From: Amphiscolops sp. MND2022
Taxonomy: Eukaryota
NCBI GenBank assembly: GCA_964187785.1
Contig: OZ076409.1
Coordinates: 60,824,001-60,888,000 of the forward strand
Direction: 5' to 3'
Length of the DNA: 64,000 nucleotides
In this document: positions 61,701-64,000 of the stretch, one piece after another
How positions within the stretch are numbered: position 1 is the first letter of the stretch
Layout: each line of letters begins with the position of its first letter
Notes under the pieces: generated by a model
Seen by the model: the letters and a program-made list of their open reading frames with translations, nothing else
Databases searched by the model: none
What the model was told of the DNA's origin: nothing
Made by a program: the position numbers and the translations under genes

Positions 61701-63572
61701 GTTGCCAGCTTTTGGAACCTCGTGTTGTGGTAAACGATGTCTTCGGCAGGTGTTGGACTGCATCTGACGATGTACTGACGGTGACGGGTTGAGTGTTGTT
61801 GGTGTAGTTGTCGAATTTTAACTCGTTTATCATCAGTCGGTCAACAAGTAGTCTCCATTTGCCGTTTGGGTTGCGTTGCTGAATTAGTGTATGTTCGTCT
61901 TCGTTTCTGGGGCGAAATGTTTCTGCAATGTGCAGGGACGCTCTTTGGACGGTAGTTTAGGCTGAGGTTTTCTTGGGTACATTTGTTGAAAAGTCCAAAA
62001 CTCCTGTCACCATGTAACGACTCCTGTTAGTGTCGTTGTTCTGTACATTTCTGATTATTTTTGTTGCTTTTTTGAAGGACATTCTTCTTTTCTAGCTTCT
62101 CTTGATGAAAAGATTTTCGGATTTATCAATTTTGAATTGAAGTTTGCAGAGTAATTGTTTTAACAAAGTAGAATTTGATACAAGACAGCAAATTGAATCA
62201 GAAATTGAATTGAATAAGTCTACAGGTACAAACTATATATACCCTCCTAGCATCATCTTTTCATACTCGCGTACTTTAATTTCCATCGAGATATTAGTCA
62301 CTTCCTGTAATTTTGCGCAAAACTTTGATCTTCGTCAGCATTTCGACAATTTTTAAGACACGGCAATTCTAATCTAGTATTAGACATCAATCATGATCAT
62401 ATCATTTCATTCCGGCGTCCTTTTGTTTCCTCCCAAGCAGGAAGTAGATATTACTTCAGTCTGTCAAACCGGAAATACTTCCCCGTTTTTCTGCTTTGGT
62501 TCGTAAGAAACCGACGCGGAGATGACGCTGACGTGAACAACTAATACTTGATTTTGAACTTCCACTTGAAGAAAATTATGACTAATTATCTTGATTTAGG
62601 CAATTTGGTGATGCTAAGAGAGTGACTGATTTACATGAGGCTAAACAATTATATATTTCAACAATTGATAAAAATTTATTTGATTAAAGTTAGGAGCAAC
62701 ACCTTTGAGCAACAATAAAAGACGACGTGACATCGTCAAACAGCATATGAACTTATGAAATTAGGTAGTCAAAACGTACATTTAAAATCCAGCTTGGACT
62801 TCACTTTATTAACACAAATTGAATATAAACTGTGACTTTTCAATGAAAATCGAATTAAAACACTGTTATTTCAAGTAAATCTGAAAAATCCTGGCTTAAA
62901 TACCATATTCCGTTCGAAATGAATCTTGGTCGACGCAATATTGACGTAGATTCAAGATTTGGTTTGGTTAGTTAAATTGCGACGGACGTAGTGTTGACGT
63001 TCATTCATATTCTAGCTTCGATTAGTTTCACCGTAGTAAAAAAACGCTTCTTTTAAGTTTAATACAGACTAAAACTCCTAATTTTATAAATTTGGGACGT
63101 AGAGTGGACGTAAATTTGGTATTACACTTAGTCCGCCATTATAGTGGACGTAGCGTGGACGTAAATGTGGTGTTTTGGATGGATTAAAACAGCTATTTTG
63201 ATGGATTTGCGACGTAACGTGGACGTACGTATTAGTATTAGACTTAGTCCGCCGATATAGTGGACGTAAATTTGGAATGAAAATTAGCTAGCTGCCATAG
63301 CTGTGACGTCATATCGTTGTCTGATTTGGAATACTTTCTAGCTAGTTGCCAAGTTAGACGAGATGCTGACGTCACATTTTGGAATGAATTTCTGACTAGC
63401 TGCCAAGTTAGACGAGATGCTGACGTCACATTTTGGAATGAAATTCTAGCTAGCTTCCATAGCTGTGACGTAGCGTAGTCGCGACTCAAATTCAATCGTA
63501 TTGGCGAAGCGGTGACCTATATTAGTTTTAGTTTGCTTTTAATTCAATGCAGTCCGGGCGCGGACTGTGACA
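58762..63572 (-). mobile_element. Non-autonomous LTR retrotransposon (LARD-like), 1560-bp LTRs, 5-bp TSD CTCAG
   Basis: LTRs 58762-60321 and 62013-63572, both TG..CA, with about two dozen differences by eye. CTCAG at 58757-58761 and 63573-63577. PBS TGGTGACAGGAG (minus, 62012-62001) resembles a tRNA-Leu primer site. The 1691-bp interior has no long ORF. Confidence 0.95.
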
Positions 63573-64000
63573 CTCAGGAGTTTCGGTTCGTGGTTGTTTT
63601 TCCACTTTCCACAGGGAAAATTAGCAGTGCTTTGTAATGTTATTTCCAGATCAAGTTATCCAAGCCTATACGCAGTCATACCAACTTTTTAGAGAGCTCC
63701 AGAAAGCAAATAAAAAATTTAGAATCGGCAGTTTAAATTGACTGAAAACAGAGAAAAGCTATTCAAACGGTTTTCTAGACGTCATCTAGTTGTTGAAAAA
63801 ACTGTCAACTGATCTGACACAAGCATTTTTATTGTAACACGCTCAAACGACGTAACGTGCTTAACAAAATTTAGGAAAGTTTTCTTCTCAAGTTGTTTTA
63901 GGAAGCGTCTGACGTCATCATTTTCATTTAACGTTATATGAAATATAAACCAATAATAGAAGTTTTTCTTTTTCAGTCGGCGTTTTCGGAGAAAATGCAA

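Overview
AT-rich, intron-containing eukaryotic (animal-like) DNA made almost entirely of nested transposable elements. Main result: an ~18.9 kb DNA transposon (5719-24659) with perfect 23-bp terminal inverted repeats and a 2-bp AC target-site duplication. It is inserted into the integrase of a decayed Ty1/copia element, and excising it rejoins the copia reading frame. It encodes four main spliced genes in two divergent pairs: a SETD8/PR-Set7-like SET methyltransferase, a KDM2/KDM7-like JmjC demethylase with a 12-fold tandemly duplicated acidic exon, a RAG1/Transib/CMC-like DDE transposase fused to a C-terminal BRCT domain, and a Tudor/chromo-barrel protein. That is a putative histone-methylation writer, eraser and reader carried as cargo. 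The rest of the window holds a LINE RT fossil, a Helentron-like (HINE) element split by a 7.6 kb TA-flanked TIR element that contains a 3'-truncated BEL/Pao gag-pol, hAT and Tc1 remnants, a 5-copy ~1.57 kb tandem array, one probable host exon (TMEM272-like) and a non-autonomous LTR element with 1560-bp LTRs and a CTCAG TSD. All domain calls come from motifs recognised by eye; no database search was run.
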